Shown: positions 8,301 through 18,310, counted from the stretch's first letter. The stretch is 64,000 nucleotides of DNA from Oceanispirochaeta sp. (GCA_963666275.2 CAXXOA010000001.1:416001-480000), one strand, 5' to 3'. Translations and numbers: made by a program. The notes: generated by a model not told the origin, from the sequence alone.

Positions 8301-11204
8301 CTGAAGATCCGGGGCAATGGCGATGAGTTCCACATTTCTCAGGGAGCCTTTGTGTATGTAGTTCAGATCGCCGTCGGCTTTGTAGCCCACCAGGGCTTTC
8401 AGGGGGGAGATCAGAACCTCCGCTCCCGAGGAAACACTCCTTCCTCCGGCCTTCTCGAAGGCTTCTACACTGACACGCAGCCTGTAGGTGTCGGGAGTGA
8501 ATTTCTCCATGGGCAGTTTGTAGGTATAGGATCCGTCCTCTCCGGTTGTCCCGTCGCCCAGGTCCTCCGAATAGGAGAGTCTGTCTCCCCGGGGCTGCAG
8601 GAAGCGGTAGTCCCTGTATTTATGGAAATAGAGGCTCGCCGGAGTCAGGGCCAGAGTGGCCGAGAGAGAGCTTCCCCCGGAAGGGGCTCCGTAAAGGTTC
8701 CGTACTGAGACAAGAGCCTGAAGGTCATCGGGAGATATCCATCCCTCGGAGCTCCTGTTGAAAAGGGTATTCACTTTCAGACGGTCCGGAAGGAATTCCT
8801 CCACTTTGATAAAAGTTCCCCCCAGGTAGACATTGCTGCTCTTCTCGTTGACGAGATAGAGGTTAATCTCATACTCTCCCGTAGGGGAGTAGCTCTGGGT
8901 GGGAAAGGAGAAATCGTTAAACCCGTCCGCCGACAGGGATATATTTTCTTCGTGGATATTCTGGCCCCGGGGGTCTATGACTCTCAGGAGAAGAGGTGTG
9001 CCCTGAAGAGGAACCTCCCAGTCTCCGGCTTTTATAATGAATGCTCCATTTACGGTGTCTCCGGGCCGGTAGAGTCCCCTGTCTGAAAAAACCTGGGTCA
9101 TCAGTGTTTTGGGATCCCCTGAGCCGTAGAGTCCGCCCGTATCGAAACTGCTGTAGTCCAGATACCGGCCGGGAGCGCTGTAGGGGAGAAAAGAGAGGTC
9201 TTCCCCTTTGACCGCAATGAAGGCGGCAGGAGTATTCTCCGCCCGGGAGAACTGGAGGTCCGGGAACATCACATGCCCCCCGCTGTCGCTCATCCGCGAG
9301 GCCAGGGGAATTCCGTTTTTTCCCAGAACCTGCACCTCCACGTTCTCAAGAGGAGAACCCGTGGCAATGGACTGGACAAACAGATCCCGTGATCCGTCCT
9401 GGTTTGTTTTTACAAGCATACCCAGGTCACTGACCATAATCAGCCGGCGGTCTCTTACATTGAGATAGGACCGGTTCAGCTCTCCCAGTTCGATAAGGAA
9501 CAGACCGTATCTCAGATTTTCCCGGGGAATTGTTTTCAGGTATTCCGCCATATCGATGGAGAAGTACTGCAGTTCCCGGGGGCTGTCCATCCCCAGTTCC
9601 AGGGTGGATTCATAGGTTTTTGAAATATTATCAATGGAGAAGTTGTAGTTGCGGAACTGGAAGTTCTCGATATTGCCGTTTGACTGGGTCACAAGATGGT
9701 TGATGTCTTTCGGCATGATCCGGTGGATTCTATATCCTACTTTCCGGATTCCCCGGGAATAGGCGGCCAGCCTTTTATCTCCCGAAAGGGAGAGGACATT
9801 CCCGTCCGATACGATTCTGAGTTCCGAAGGGTATTCGGGGATCTGGATAATCCGTTCATAGTCTTCCGCCAGATAGTAGCCGCCGTAGAAGGGCGTTCCC
9901 TGACGGATTCTGATATAGATATGCCGGGAAGGTTCCGCAGTGACGGAAAAACTGTTGAGATTCGAGTTCTCCTGTTCCGTCGGGAGCGCAGAAAATGGCA
10001 GCTTCCGGGAAAGGTCCAGTACTTCCCGGGTGACGAAATCGGGATCACCCCAGTTGTAATCCTCATATCCTCTGATTCCGGGCAGGTCGGGGATATCTTT
10101 TGGCAGAAGCCAGACGTCCATATTCTCTTTGAGGGTCTCTCCGGAAATGCTGCCTCTGGTGGCCGCGACAAGAACCTGGTCATAGAGCTGGGAATCATTT
10201 TTCACAAGTTCAAGAGACAGGGAATTGATGGAAACAAAAGAACTGATTCCGGGGACTATTACTGTCTGATCCTTCTCTTCCTCCAGAGGGACCGAACCCT
10301 CCCGGGTTGCGACTCCGTCTCCCAGCAGGATATGAACGTCCACATCTTTCAGGGGGAGTCCCAGGGGTTCTGAAATGAGATAGGCTTCTGTAAAAGTTTC
10401 ATTGAACGTCAGCTCAAAGCTGTAATCCCTGTTCTCCAGGGTTCCCGAATCTTTCTCCAGGTCCGGATAGATTCTGATCTGCCCTTCGAAGGACACAGGA
10501 TCCACAGGGTAATTGAATCTGTAGGTGTTCATCACTCTTTTGATGGATGAGTCGGTGGGATCAATATAGAATTCAGGAGTCTGAGCTCTCAGAAGGAGCC
10601 CCGGAACGGTGACAGTGAAGGTCTGTTCCTGAACTTTTATGTGTTTGGGAAAAAGGCTTTTATCCATTTTGATGCTGTATTCCCCGCCGATATCCCAGGG
10701 GCGTTCGGGCTGAAATACAAGAAGATCCGACTCTTCCCATTTCCACTCACCCGGGAATTCGGGTTTGATGGTAATCCCTTCTGACAGGACTTCCCCTGTC
10801 CTCTCTTTGGGAGCTGCTGAGCCGCGGAAACGGACTTTCAGGGGCTGAACCGGTTCTTCCGGATCCGCCACGCTGAGGATTTCCGAGACCGAGTAGTCTA
10901 TTTCCAGATCCTGCGGCCGGGAACTGTCCCACAGATACCAGCCGAAGAGCCCGCCGATTCCAAGGATAAAAATTCCCACCAGAATCAGAAAGGCAAGGAA
11001 CAGCTTTTTCATGTACCTTTTCACTCTCTCCCGGGAGGTTTCCCCCTCTTTGGCCCCTTTCTGCCAGAACCGGATCATATAGGCCGGAGGAGTATAGGAG
11101 AGGGAGCCGAAAAGGGTTCGTAATATCCGTCCTGCCAGTCTTATGACGGCCGGGGGTAACTGTGCGATTTGTGAAAAAATATTCCGTTTCTTTTTTTCTG
11201 ACAT
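5400..11204 (-). CDS. Bacterial alpha-2-macroglobulin (YfhM-like) with thioester motif
   Basis: 1934 aa. MG-domain motifs SDRGLYRPGD, VEEFLP, AVDQGIL and VPDYFNG; thioester YPYTCTEQ (CxEQ); C-terminal DIREDR...EAMYD. Adjacent to pbpC. Confidence 0.95.
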   Translation of the reverse strand: MSEKKKRNIFSQIAQLPPAVIRLAGRILRTLFGSLSYTPPAYMIRFWQKGAKEGETSRERVKRYMKKLFLAFLILVGIFILGIGGLFGWYLWDSSRPQDLEIDYSVSEILSVADPEEPVQPLKVRFRGSAAPKERTGEVLSEGITIKPEFPGEWKWEESDLLVFQPERPWDIGGEYSIKMDKSLFPKHIKVQEQTFTVTVPGLLLRAQTPEFYIDPTDSSIKRVMNTYRFNYPVDPVSFEGQIRIYPDLEKDSGTLENRDYSFELTFNETFTEAYLISEPLGLPLKDVDVHILLGDGVATREGSVPLEEEKDQTVIVPGISSFVSINSLSLELVKNDSQLYDQVLVAATRGSISGETLKENMDVWLLPKDIPDLPGIRGYEDYNWGDPDFVTREVLDLSRKLPFSALPTEQENSNLNSFSVTAEPSRHIYIRIRQGTPFYGGYYLAEDYERIIQIPEYPSELRIVSDGNVLSLSGDKRLAAYSRGIRKVGYRIHRIMPKDINHLVTQSNGNIENFQFRNYNFSIDNISKTYESTLELGMDSPRELQYFSIDMAEYLKTIPRENLRYGLFLIELGELNRSYLNVRDRRLIMVSDLGMLVKTNQDGSRDLFVQSIATGSPLENVEVQVLGKNGIPLASRMSDSGGHVMFPDLQFSRAENTPAAFIAVKGEDLSFLPYSAPGRYLDYSSFDTGGLYGSGDPKTLMTQVFSDRGLYRPGDTVNGAFIIKAGDWEVPLQGTPLLLRVIDPRGQNIHEENISLSADGFNDFSFPTQSYSPTGEYEINLYLVNEKSSNVYLGGTFIKVEEFLPDRLKVNTLFNRSSEGWISPDDLQALVSVRNLYGAPSGGSSLSATLALTPASLYFHKYRDYRFLQPRGDRLSYSEDLGDGTTGEDGSYTYKLPMEKFTPDTYRLRVSVEAFEKAGGRSVSSGAEVLISPLKALVGYKADGDLNYIHKGSLRNVELIAIAPDLQQISLEGTRLSLKRFEYVSTLVKQPSGVYKYQSIEQTKEVKEEPLAIAPDGTTVSLDSSEPGKYQLEVLDEEDNVLTRLVYTIVGETNLTRSLNRSAELEIKLDRQDYKGGETIEVSIAAPYAGAGLITIERDKVYAYKWFKTDSTSTVQRIRLPEGELEGNGYVTVSYIRSPGSREIFMSPLSYGSVPFSLDKESRTQKISLNYPEVVKPGEELTIEYSSNRRGKIIIYAVDQGILQVAGYTMPDPLAYFFRKRALEVKTAQILDLILPEYRIVRQFSEMGGGMEADLLANNLNPFRRKDRAPVVFWSGILDADREVRSVNYTVPDYFNGSLKIMAVCVSREAIGSTQSEAFARDTFIIQPSAPLAVTPGDEFLFQATVANNFTGSGENARISLTLSTGEELTPEETEKVLTIPEGKDSTVSFPVKVGEFPGPAELVLEASSGGETSRMSHSLSIRPAVPFRTEILTGVNKRGSDTVPVEREMYADFRTLRAGVSSLPMGLAGGLGFYLEEYPYTCTEQLVSMAFPKLFEGYVTNLELDREKAEADYGRTIGILMARQNQEGGFGMWTVKSDSVPLIDLYAFQYLQEARQKGRFVPSQLYDMAEDRAEDLASYGGTSREDFRIRSYASFLLTASGKITTRFLEELRTDLKETSFDWKSDLTGLYLASSYSILQMDAQAGSILREVRGDIRKEELPEGYHDRLSYLSQYLLILSRYAPDRMKQVSPEVLDGIAAELGENNFTTFSASMALVAIQSYSDRAGRMDAGLGKVTALLNDKTERVLSLSGDILKTADFSEETEELKIENSGSQPLYYQVILGGFDRNPPEQEVSSGIEILREYTDREGNPVNRMQLGETYQARLRVRSLSKGTVPNLAVVDLFPACLEPDTQSIREGNSSPSGEKFLPDYTDIREDRLILYGSVDENLKEYVYPVRAVYAGEFTVPPLFAEAMYDRDTYALQTSSVLTVEE

Positions 11205-11512
11205 GGTCTATCCTGGGTATCGGGTTTTGTGAAACAGACCGGATGATCTTAATGCTATTCCGGTCTTATCAGGGGCTGTCATATCAGGAACATGACTGTA
11301 TGTTCCATCCTGACGTTTTCTTACTTTCTGGTAAAATCACGCCTATTATTCTCTTTTTATATATATTAATCAATGATTATTTTTTGGGATTCCGGATAGA
11401 ATCCGTCCGGTCAGATCGAACTCTCTTTCCCTGAAATACAGGGATGTATTCCAGGAGCAAGTCGGAGGATCTCCGCCAGAGGAGTGCTGACTGATAAGAG
11501 AAATGGCAGAGA

Positions 11513-12673
11513 CTATTTTATGGGATACCCCGCGCTGATATAGCAATCATACAGTTTTTCAGACAGGGCCTTCTTCTGGTCCGGAGTAATACTGTCGAGA
11601 TCCATATCTTTCAGGTTAATCAGATCATACAGACCGGAGTAATCGGAAATACTGTTTTTATAAAGAAACAGTGTTTTCAGATTTGTCAGATTCTTCAGTT
11701 CCTCAATGTCTGTGATCCCGTTGTATCGCAGACTGAGATGCTTCAGATTTTTAAGCTCTCCGATATCCTGTAAATCTCTTATATGAGTGGCATCTGCGGT
11801 GAGATACTGAAGGGATGGAAAGGAGGAAATCCCTTTCAGGCTGGGGACCTCTGAATTCCAGAAATCAAGATAGGATAGATTCGTCACCGGAGGAATGCCT
11901 GTCAGATCGCTGCGTTGAAAATCCGAAATATGAAGACTATTCAGAGAGGGGAGGCGGGCTATAATATCCCAGTTGAGGGATTCCCCGTGAATATAGAGAG
12001 TTTCAAGAGATGGCAGGGCGAGAAGACAGGCCAGCTGTTCGGTATCAACCTGATAGGGGAGAACCAGCCATTTCAGATTTTTAAGATTTTGAAGCGGGGT
12101 CAGGTCATTGATGGGATTCTCTCCCAGGCAGAGTTCCTCCAGAGAGGTCAACTTTGCCAGGACATCGATGTTTTCAATGGCGTTGGATCCGATATCGAGG
12201 TTTTTCAGGTTCACAAGGCCTTCCAGACAGGAGATATCTGATATCTGATTATCCCCGATGTCCACTTTTTCAAGATAGACAAGGTCCTGCAGGGGCTGAA
12301 TATCTGTTAAATGATTGTTCGGGACTCTGAGCACAGTCAGGTCTTTCATGGACTGAAAACCCGACAGATCCTTCAACGGTCTGTTATACGAATAGGGATT
12401 GTAGGAAAATGAAGTGGCTTCGGATATCATTCTGTCATTCAGTTCGCTGATGCTCTCCAGTCTGAAAGCTTCGGCGATAATCCTTTTTTTCATTTCCGTT
12501 AAACTGTCCACAACCGGATTGTCTGCCCCCCGGGATTCCATCTCTCCGATGGTGACCCCATCAGAACCTGAATCCGGCCGGGTTCCGGAACTCCCGTCAT
12601 TCTCCGAATCAGAGGCGCAGGGAAAAGAGAGCATTAATAGAATCAGGGCGATCAGGAAGGGGCTGTTTTTCAT
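11513..12673 (-). CDS. Secreted leucine-rich-repeat protein (internalin-like 22-aa LRRs)
   Basis: Signal peptide followed by repeated LxxLxLxxNxIxDIxxL units. Confidence 0.88.
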   Translation of the reverse strand: MKNSPFLIALILLMLSFPCASDSENDGSSGTRPDSGSDGVTIGEMESRGADNPVVDSLTEMKKRIIAEAFRLESISELNDRMISEATSFSYNPYSYNRPLKDLSGFQSMKDLTVLRVPNNHLTDIQPLQDLVYLEKVDIGDNQISDISCLEGLVNLKNLDIGSNAIENIDVLAKLTSLEELCLGENPINDLTPLQNLKNLKWLVLPYQVDTEQLACLLALPSLETLYIHGESLNWDIIARLPSLNSLHISDFQRSDLTGIPPVTNLSYLDFWNSEVPSLKGISSFPSLQYLTADATHIRDLQDIGELKNLKHLSLRYNGITDIEELKNLTNLKTLFLYKNSISDYSGLYDLINLKDMDLDSITPDQKKALSEKLYDCYISAGYPIK

Positions 12674-12805
12674 CTTTATCCTCAGACTTATGTTTTTATA
12701 GTAAAATCCTGTCTATTATTACTGCTGGGGGAATATTAATCAATCATATCCTTTTCAGGGAGAGGAGAGAGAACAGGGCGGAGAATGGATGTCATCCAGG
12801 AGCTG

Positions 12806-14026
12806 TTATTCAGGCTCTTTCAGGCAATGGGGTTCATCCCGCTGTTCCCGGGTGGCTCCCATGCCGCAGAGAGTCATAACCACAGCCGCTCCGGAGAGGG
12901 TGATGAATCCCGCGTTCAGAGAGCCGCTGGCCTCCCTTATGGAACCGAGGATGACGGGAGCCAGAGAACTGAAGCAGTAGCCGATTCCCTGAACAAAAGC
13001 GGAGAAGCGCCTGTTTTCATCCAGATCGGCTGCCAGATCCATCACATGGCCGAAGATCACAGTAAAGCCGCCTCCTGAGCCGATGCCTCCCAGAAAGGTC
13101 CATAATATCCACCACCGGGGAAGAAAAAGGAGACCCAGGGCCATAAAAAGCCAGGGAAAGGAGACAAGGTAGAACTGCCTGCGGCTGTTCAAACCTGAAA
13201 AATGGGTCAATCCGGGAATGACAAAAGCGCCGATCAGCCCGGTGAGCTGAAAGACCGAAGCGGAGACTCCCGCCCGGGAAATATTCATCGAGAGGGCTGT
13301 CATCAGGTGGACAGGCAGCCAGGCTGTTATTCCGTAGAAAAGGAAAGAGTGGGCAATAAAAGCAAGGGCCAGGAGCCATATTTTTCCCTGCTTCCAGGGA
13401 CGCCCGGGAGATTGACCTTTTTTCTGTGGACTGTTTGTTTCCCCCCGGGGGGAGGCCTTCTTTTTTTCTGCCGCTGATGTCCAGAGCCCCAGGGCTGCAA
13501 CAGCAAAGACCACCCAGAGGGCCAGGGAGAATCGCCAGCCGGTTCTGAGGGCCAGAGGAGCCGTGGCGGCAGAGGTAATCATGGAACTCATATTGATGGT
13601 GGCCACGTATATCCCTGTCATCAGACTTTTCATACCCGGGAAATAGGCGGCAATAACCATCAGTCCCAGAATATTTCCCATGGTCAGAGAGAATCCCAGC
13701 AGAAATGTTCCTGCAAAGAGACTTTGTACCGGTCCGGCGGAGCGGAGGATCAGGCTGATGATGATTCCCCCCAGAGAGATCTGTATTCCCCGGATAAGGG
13801 ATACCCGGGAGAGCAGATACGATGCCAGGGGGGCCAGCAGACCGAAGCAGAGCACGGGAATTCCCGTGAGAAGACCGGCTGCGGCATCATTGAAGCCGTA
13901 GGTTTTCTGAATCTCTCCGATAATGGAGGGAACCGCTGTTATGTGAGCCCGGAGGTTCATTGAGAAGGCCAGGAAGGCCAGCAGGATGAGGGGGCTGCTC
14001 TGAAGCGGCCTGTTCTTGTTATTCAT
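12806..14026 (-). CDS. MFS transporter, CynX/NimT family
   Basis: NLRAHITAV and AGLLTGIPVLCFG motifs, about 12 hydrophobic helices, C-terminal SAFVQGIGY. Confidence 0.85.
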   Translation of the reverse strand: MNNKNRPLQSSPLILLAFLAFSMNLRAHITAVPSIIGEIQKTYGFNDAAAGLLTGIPVLCFGLLAPLASYLLSRVSLIRGIQISLGGIIISLILRSAGPVQSLFAGTFLLGFSLTMGNILGLMVIAAYFPGMKSLMTGIYVATINMSSMITSAATAPLALRTGWRFSLALWVVFAVAALGLWTSAAEKKKASPRGETNSPQKKGQSPGRPWKQGKIWLLALAFIAHSFLFYGITAWLPVHLMTALSMNISRAGVSASVFQLTGLIGAFVIPGLTHFSGLNSRRQFYLVSFPWLFMALGLLFLPRWWILWTFLGGIGSGGGFTVIFGHVMDLAADLDENRRFSAFVQGIGYCFSSLAPVILGSIREASGSLNAGFITLSGAAVVMTLCGMGATREQRDEPHCLKEPE

Positions 14027-14142
14027 GGGATTCCACCTGATGCATATCCGGCCAGTCTATGCCGAAAAAGGCCTCTCCGGGAAGAACCCTGTCGGCAGGT
14101 TTTCTGACAGTCACCGGAATCTCTGGTACAATGGGAGGCATT

Positions 14143-14604
14143 ATGAACTACTTAAATCTGATTATTATTCTACTGGTGCTGCTCCTCCTGGCTCTGGTTC
14201 TTCACAGGATGCAGACATCGGGGCGGAAAACACAGAAAGAGCTCTCTGAGGATCCCGGCGATTCTCTGCAGGATCTGAATGAAAAATTCCTGGCTCAGGC
14301 GGAAGGCCGTCAGGTCATCGAACTTGTAAAGGTATACAATCATCAGGACAAGATGATCCTCCGGTCCATTCTGGATGCCCGGGGAATTCCCACATATGTA
14401 AAATCCAACAATTTCGGAGAGCTCTATCCCACATTTGATCTGAATAACTTTGCCACTTCGGTGATTTCCCTATTTGAAACGGACCGGGAGGAGGCTGTCA
14501 TGGTAGTTAAGGATTATCTGGATTCTCTGAACAGTGAGACCCGGCCCGGTTCCGCCGGCGGTGCTCTTGAATCCGGTACTTTTGCTCCGGAGCTTCTGGT
14601 CTGA
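14143..14604 (+). CDS. Membrane-anchored hypothetical protein with a DUF2007-like (putative signal-transducing) domain
   Basis: SD GGAGG before ATG 14143, N-terminal TM helix, and the ILRSILDARGIPTYV motif. Confidence 0.65.
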   Translation: MNYLNLIIILLVLLLLALVLHRMQTSGRKTQKELSEDPGDSLQDLNEKFLAQAEGRQVIELVKVYNHQDKMILRSILDARGIPTYVKSNNFGELYPTFDLNNFATSVISLFETDREEAVMVVKDYLDSLNSETRPGSAGGALESGTFAPELLV

Positions 14605-14662
14605 AAGGGGCCGGTTTAAGCGAAACGCTGTAAAAAAAACCCAGCAGACAGGGAGAATTGCT

Positions 14663-15361
14663 ATGAAAACAATAGGTATGATCGGCGGCATGAGCTGGGA
14701 GTCCTCACTGGAATACTATCGGCTGATCAATGAAATCACAAGGAGAGAGCGGGGAGGCCTCCACTCGGCGAAATCCCTCCTCTATTCTGTGGATTTTGAG
14801 GAAATTGAACTCCTGCAGCATCAGGACCGCTGGGAGGATCTGACAGGGATTATGATCGATGCCGCCCGGAATCTCGAGAAAGCCGGAGCCGAATCTCTTC
14901 TTATCTGTACCAATACAATGCATAAAATGGCCGATCAGGTACAGCAGAGCGTTTCCATCCCCCTTCTGCATATTGCCGATGCGGCGGGAGAGGAGATCCG
15001 GGCCAGAGGATTGAAAACAGTCGCTCTCCTGGGAACAAGGTTTACCATGGAGCAGGATTTCTACAGGGAGCGCCTGGCCCGGAAGTTCGGCCTGAATGTC
15101 ATGATACCCGAAGAAGAGGACCGGGCCTATATTCATCAGGTCATTTACAGGGAGCTCTGCCTGGGAGAGATCAGGGATGCGTCAAAAAAAGAGTTTCTGC
15201 GGATTATAGGGGACCTTGAACAGAAAGGAGCCCGCGGCGTCGTTCTGGGATGTACGGAAATACCCCTTCTTATCAGACAGGAGGATCTTGCGCTCCCGGT
15301 TTTTGATACCACCGCGATTCATGCGGAATATGCTGTCAGGGATGCTCTATCAGAAATATGA
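14663..15361 (+). CDS. Aspartate/glutamate racemase family (YgeA/RacX-like)
   Basis: MKTIGMIGGMSWESS, ICTNTMH and LGCTEIP motifs. SD GGAG before ATG 14663. Confidence 0.93.
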   Translation: MKTIGMIGGMSWESSLEYYRLINEITRRERGGLHSAKSLLYSVDFEEIELLQHQDRWEDLTGIMIDAARNLEKAGAESLLICTNTMHKMADQVQQSVSIPLLHIADAAGEEIRARGLKTVALLGTRFTMEQDFYRERLARKFGLNVMIPEEEDRAYIHQVIYRELCLGEIRDASKKEFLRIIGDLEQKGARGVVLGCTEIPLLIRQEDLALPVFDTTAIHAEYAVRDALSEI

Positions 15362-15409
15362 ACTGAATGCTTTTGGACTGAAGGGGCCGCCGGGAGGACG
15401 TTCCGGGAT

Positions 15410-16099
15410 TTACTCCAGAAATCCTTCTTCGGCAATGTACTTGCGCGCCATGGCCAGGTCTTCCGGGTCGATCATATCGGCATAGGTATCCAGAAAGTCA
15501 TGATCGTATTTGGCGGCGCACCAGAGAAGGCTCCAGACGGAGTTGTTCTTTTCAGGTCCCAGTTTCTTGTAGATCCTGTATACCCTCAGATAGGATTTCA
15601 TAAGCTCCTCTGTTTCCAGGGGCGTGTAGGAATCACCCGAACCGAGGCGGTTGTAGATATCCACTATCTCTTCGGGAAAGATCAGGTCAGGATCGTCGGT
15701 GCGCATGTCGTTCCGGACATACAGATCGGGCCAGAGAAAAATATCTTCCCAGTAGTATCCTGTAATCAGAGAGAATGACTCTCCCTCTTCCACTTCATGG
15801 CGGCTTACAATATACCTTTCGGGCAGGGAGGGGGCTTCCGGTTCTGCCGGAGCCGCAGTCATCTCCTGTGGTTCCGCCTCCTCTTCCATGGAAATGGCCG
15901 GTGTCCGGGATTCTTCCCTCCCGGCGGATTCAGAGGCTTTATCCTCCATCATGGCGGTGCCGGGAGTCTGAACCATCACTGAGTCGTTTCTCTCCCGTAT
16001 TTTCTGCTGACGCATATTGATGAAGAAATAGGTTCCCAGCAGGAGAATCAACAGAAAGAAGAGGATAAACAGTATGTTCCGCAGCGACTTTTTTTCCAT
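15410..16099 (-). CDS. Membrane-anchored LysM-like domain protein
   Basis: N-terminal TM helix, Glu/Ala/Pro linker, and the LysM-like segment HEVEEGESFSLITGYYW...LWPDLYVRN...DPDLIFP. Confidence 0.7.
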   Translation of the reverse strand: MEKKSLRNILFILFFLLILLLGTYFFINMRQQKIRERNDSVMVQTPGTAMMEDKASESAGREESRTPAISMEEEAEPQEMTAAPAEPEAPSLPERYIVSRHEVEEGESFSLITGYYWEDIFLWPDLYVRNDMRTDDPDLIFPEEIVDIYNRLGSGDSYTPLETEELMKSYLRVYRIYKKLGPEKNNSVWSLLWCAAKYDHDFLDTYADMIDPEDLAMARKYIAEEGFLE

Positions 16100-16155
16100 G
16101 TCTTATAATTATCGGTGATTCCCGACGAAAAATGAATCGGCGAAATGAAATTTTT

Positions 16156-17466
16156 TCATCCCGCCAGTTCTCCTGCCAGGGAGAGGCCGGTGGATCCGGA
16201 GATCCTGACCTGACAGAACTGTCCTATCAGGTTTTCGTCCTCTCCGGAAAATTGGATATTGATCTTTCCCTCGGTCAGACCGGAGAGTTTTTTCCCGTCC
16301 CGGGATCTGCCTGTTACCAGTACGGTCAGTTCCCTTCCGATCAGACTTTCATTGTACTCATGGGCGGATTTGATGAAAACGTCAGAGAGAATATGGAGCC
16401 GCTCTTTTTTGACATCCAGAGAGATATCGTCATTCCAGCGGGAACTGGCCGCACCGGGACGGGGGGAATAGGTGGCGATAAAGGCCATATTATACCGGAA
16501 CTCCGCCAGAGCCCTGCGGGTATTCTCGAACTGCTCTTCCGTCTCATTGGTAAATCCCACAATGATGTCTGTGAATATGGTGGCATCGGGCATATATTTC
16601 CGGATATTCTGGACAATTTTCCTGTAGTCGTCCAGGGTATGATTCCGGTTCATCTTTTTCAGAACTTCATTGTCCCCCGACTGGAGAGGCAGATGGACCT
16701 GCTTTGCCAGACAGTGGTAGCGGGACATGATTTCAAGCACATCCTCGGTCATATCCCTGGGATGGGGGGAGGTGAAGTAGACCCAGAAGGGGGTCGGTGA
16801 AGTCTCACCCCGTTTTCCGATCTCTTCCAGCAGCTGCGCGAAGGTCAGCTCCTCTCCTTTTTTATCCAGGCCGTAGGAGTTGACATTCTGACCCAGCAGA
16901 GTGATCGATTTGTATCCCTTCTCCAGCAGCCGGTCCAGTTCTTTCATGATCTCTCCAGAGGGACGGGACACTTCCCTTCCTCTGGTATAGGGAACGGCGC
17001 AGTAGGTACAGAACTTGTCGCAGCCGTTCTGAATGGGAATAAAGGCTTCATAGGAGGAGTTGTACGAGGGAGAAATGTTCCAGAATTCGTTCTGGTCCCT
17101 GTGGTGATTCAGCCCCGTGGGTGTTACGATCCCGTACTGGCTGATCATCTCGGGAAGCCCGGCTATATCGTTTGTTTCAAAAACCAGGTCGAAGTTTTTC
17201 AGGAATTTCTTTTTGTCCGCCGGCAGAATACAGCCTGTGACAAAAGTGATAAGGCTTTTCTCTTTCTTCCATTTATTCCACAGATGAATCCTTGTATGAA
17301 CCCTGTCTATGGCTTTCTGACGGACCGAACAGGCCACGATTCCCAGTATATCCGCTTCTTCTTCAATTTCTGTGGGGACAAAACCCATGGAGTCGAACAC
17401 TGTCTGAAGACGTTCCGAATCGGACATGTTCATCTGACAGCCCAGGGTCAGTACGTAGTATTTCAT
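16156..17466 (-). CDS. miaB: tRNA-2-methylthio-N6-dimethylallyladenosine synthase MiaB
   Basis: TLGCQMN UPF0004 domain, radical SAM motif CDKFCTYC, LLGQNVNSYG, C-terminal TRAM-like domain. Confidence 0.92.
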   Translation of the reverse strand: MKYYVLTLGCQMNMSDSERLQTVFDSMGFVPTEIEEEADILGIVACSVRQKAIDRVHTRIHLWNKWKKEKSLITFVTGCILPADKKKFLKNFDLVFETNDIAGLPEMISQYGIVTPTGLNHHRDQNEFWNISPSYNSSYEAFIPIQNGCDKFCTYCAVPYTRGREVSRPSGEIMKELDRLLEKGYKSITLLGQNVNSYGLDKKGEELTFAQLLEEIGKRGETSPTPFWVYFTSPHPRDMTEDVLEIMSRYHCLAKQVHLPLQSGDNEVLKKMNRNHTLDDYRKIVQNIRKYMPDATIFTDIIVGFTNETEEQFENTRRALAEFRYNMAFIATYSPRPGAASSRWNDDISLDVKKERLHILSDVFIKSAHEYNESLIGRELTVLVTGRSRDGKKLSGLTEGKINIQFSGEDENLIGQFCQVRISGSTGLSLAGELAG

Positions 17467-17492
17467 TATATTAAAAAGCCTCTTTCGGTGTA

Positions 17493-18269
17493 TTAATGCA
17501 TTTTGAACCAGGCAATGACCTCATCGGCCACCTGTTCCCTGTCACAGCCGTCAACAATCACATGGGGGCTGTCTTTGAGAACAACCCTCTTCATCTCTGT
17601 GCTTTTTATATTGTTTTCAATCAGATCCGCTGCTTCGGGTGGTACCGTTTTATCTCCTAGGGAGACAATAGTCAAGGCGGGAGATGTGACATTCCTTAGT
17701 TTTTTTATAGACATTTTCTGAAGGATCAGCAGATCATGGACTTTTGCCGAGTCGTGGTACTGCCAGTACTCTTTTCCTATTTCTTTTCTTTCTTCCGACT
17801 CCTCCTCCCGGGGAGACCAGCCGGTTTTTACCCGTCTTATCACATATTTGAGGAAGGGCGTCAGATAGAAAACCTTATTCCGGATACTCACCGCAGGAGC
17901 CAGAAGAGCGATTCCATCCGGGGAGAACTGTTCCGCCAGGAGCAGGGTCAGGACGCCCCCCATGGATAAACCGGCTACATAGACATATTTAAACTGACTC
18001 TTCAGATTCAGATACTCATCTGTGACGCATCTGAGCCAGTCCCTGTGGCTGCTCTGATGGAAATCTCTGCCATTGGTACCGTGGCCGGGCAGACGGGGGA
18101 GGGAGACTGTAAAGCCTTCGGCAACCAGGCGGTCAAAAAGGTAGACCAGTTCTCCCGTATAGGCATGGTGGCCGTGAATCAGCAGGACTGCCCTTTCGCC
18201 GCCTCTGTGAAACCGGCTGAGAGCGGAAGGGAATACGACTGTATCGGATGGTATTTTTTTGAACTTCAT
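17493..18269 (-). CDS. Carboxylesterase/lipase, alpha/beta hydrolase (YvaK-like)
   Basis: LLIHG, PRLPGHGT, nucleophile motif GLSMGG, Asp in DKTV and His in SPHV. Confidence 0.9.
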   Translation of the reverse strand: MKFKKIPSDTVVFPSALSRFHRGGERAVLLIHGHHAYTGELVYLFDRLVAEGFTVSLPRLPGHGTNGRDFHQSSHRDWLRCVTDEYLNLKSQFKYVYVAGLSMGGVLTLLLAEQFSPDGIALLAPAVSIRNKVFYLTPFLKYVIRRVKTGWSPREEESEERKEIGKEYWQYHDSAKVHDLLILQKMSIKKLRNVTSPALTIVSLGDKTVPPEAADLIENNIKSTEMKRVVLKDSPHVIVDGCDREQVADEVIAWFKMH

Positions 18270-18310
18270 ACTTGTAAAATATCACGGACAGGCCCGGGAG
18301 AAAAGAGATA

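Noticed and set aside
11162..11434. 90-aa plus-strand ORF and hairpins upstream of the macroglobulin gene
   Set aside because: AT-rich promoter region with no SD or family motif; the hairpins match no RNA family I recognise.
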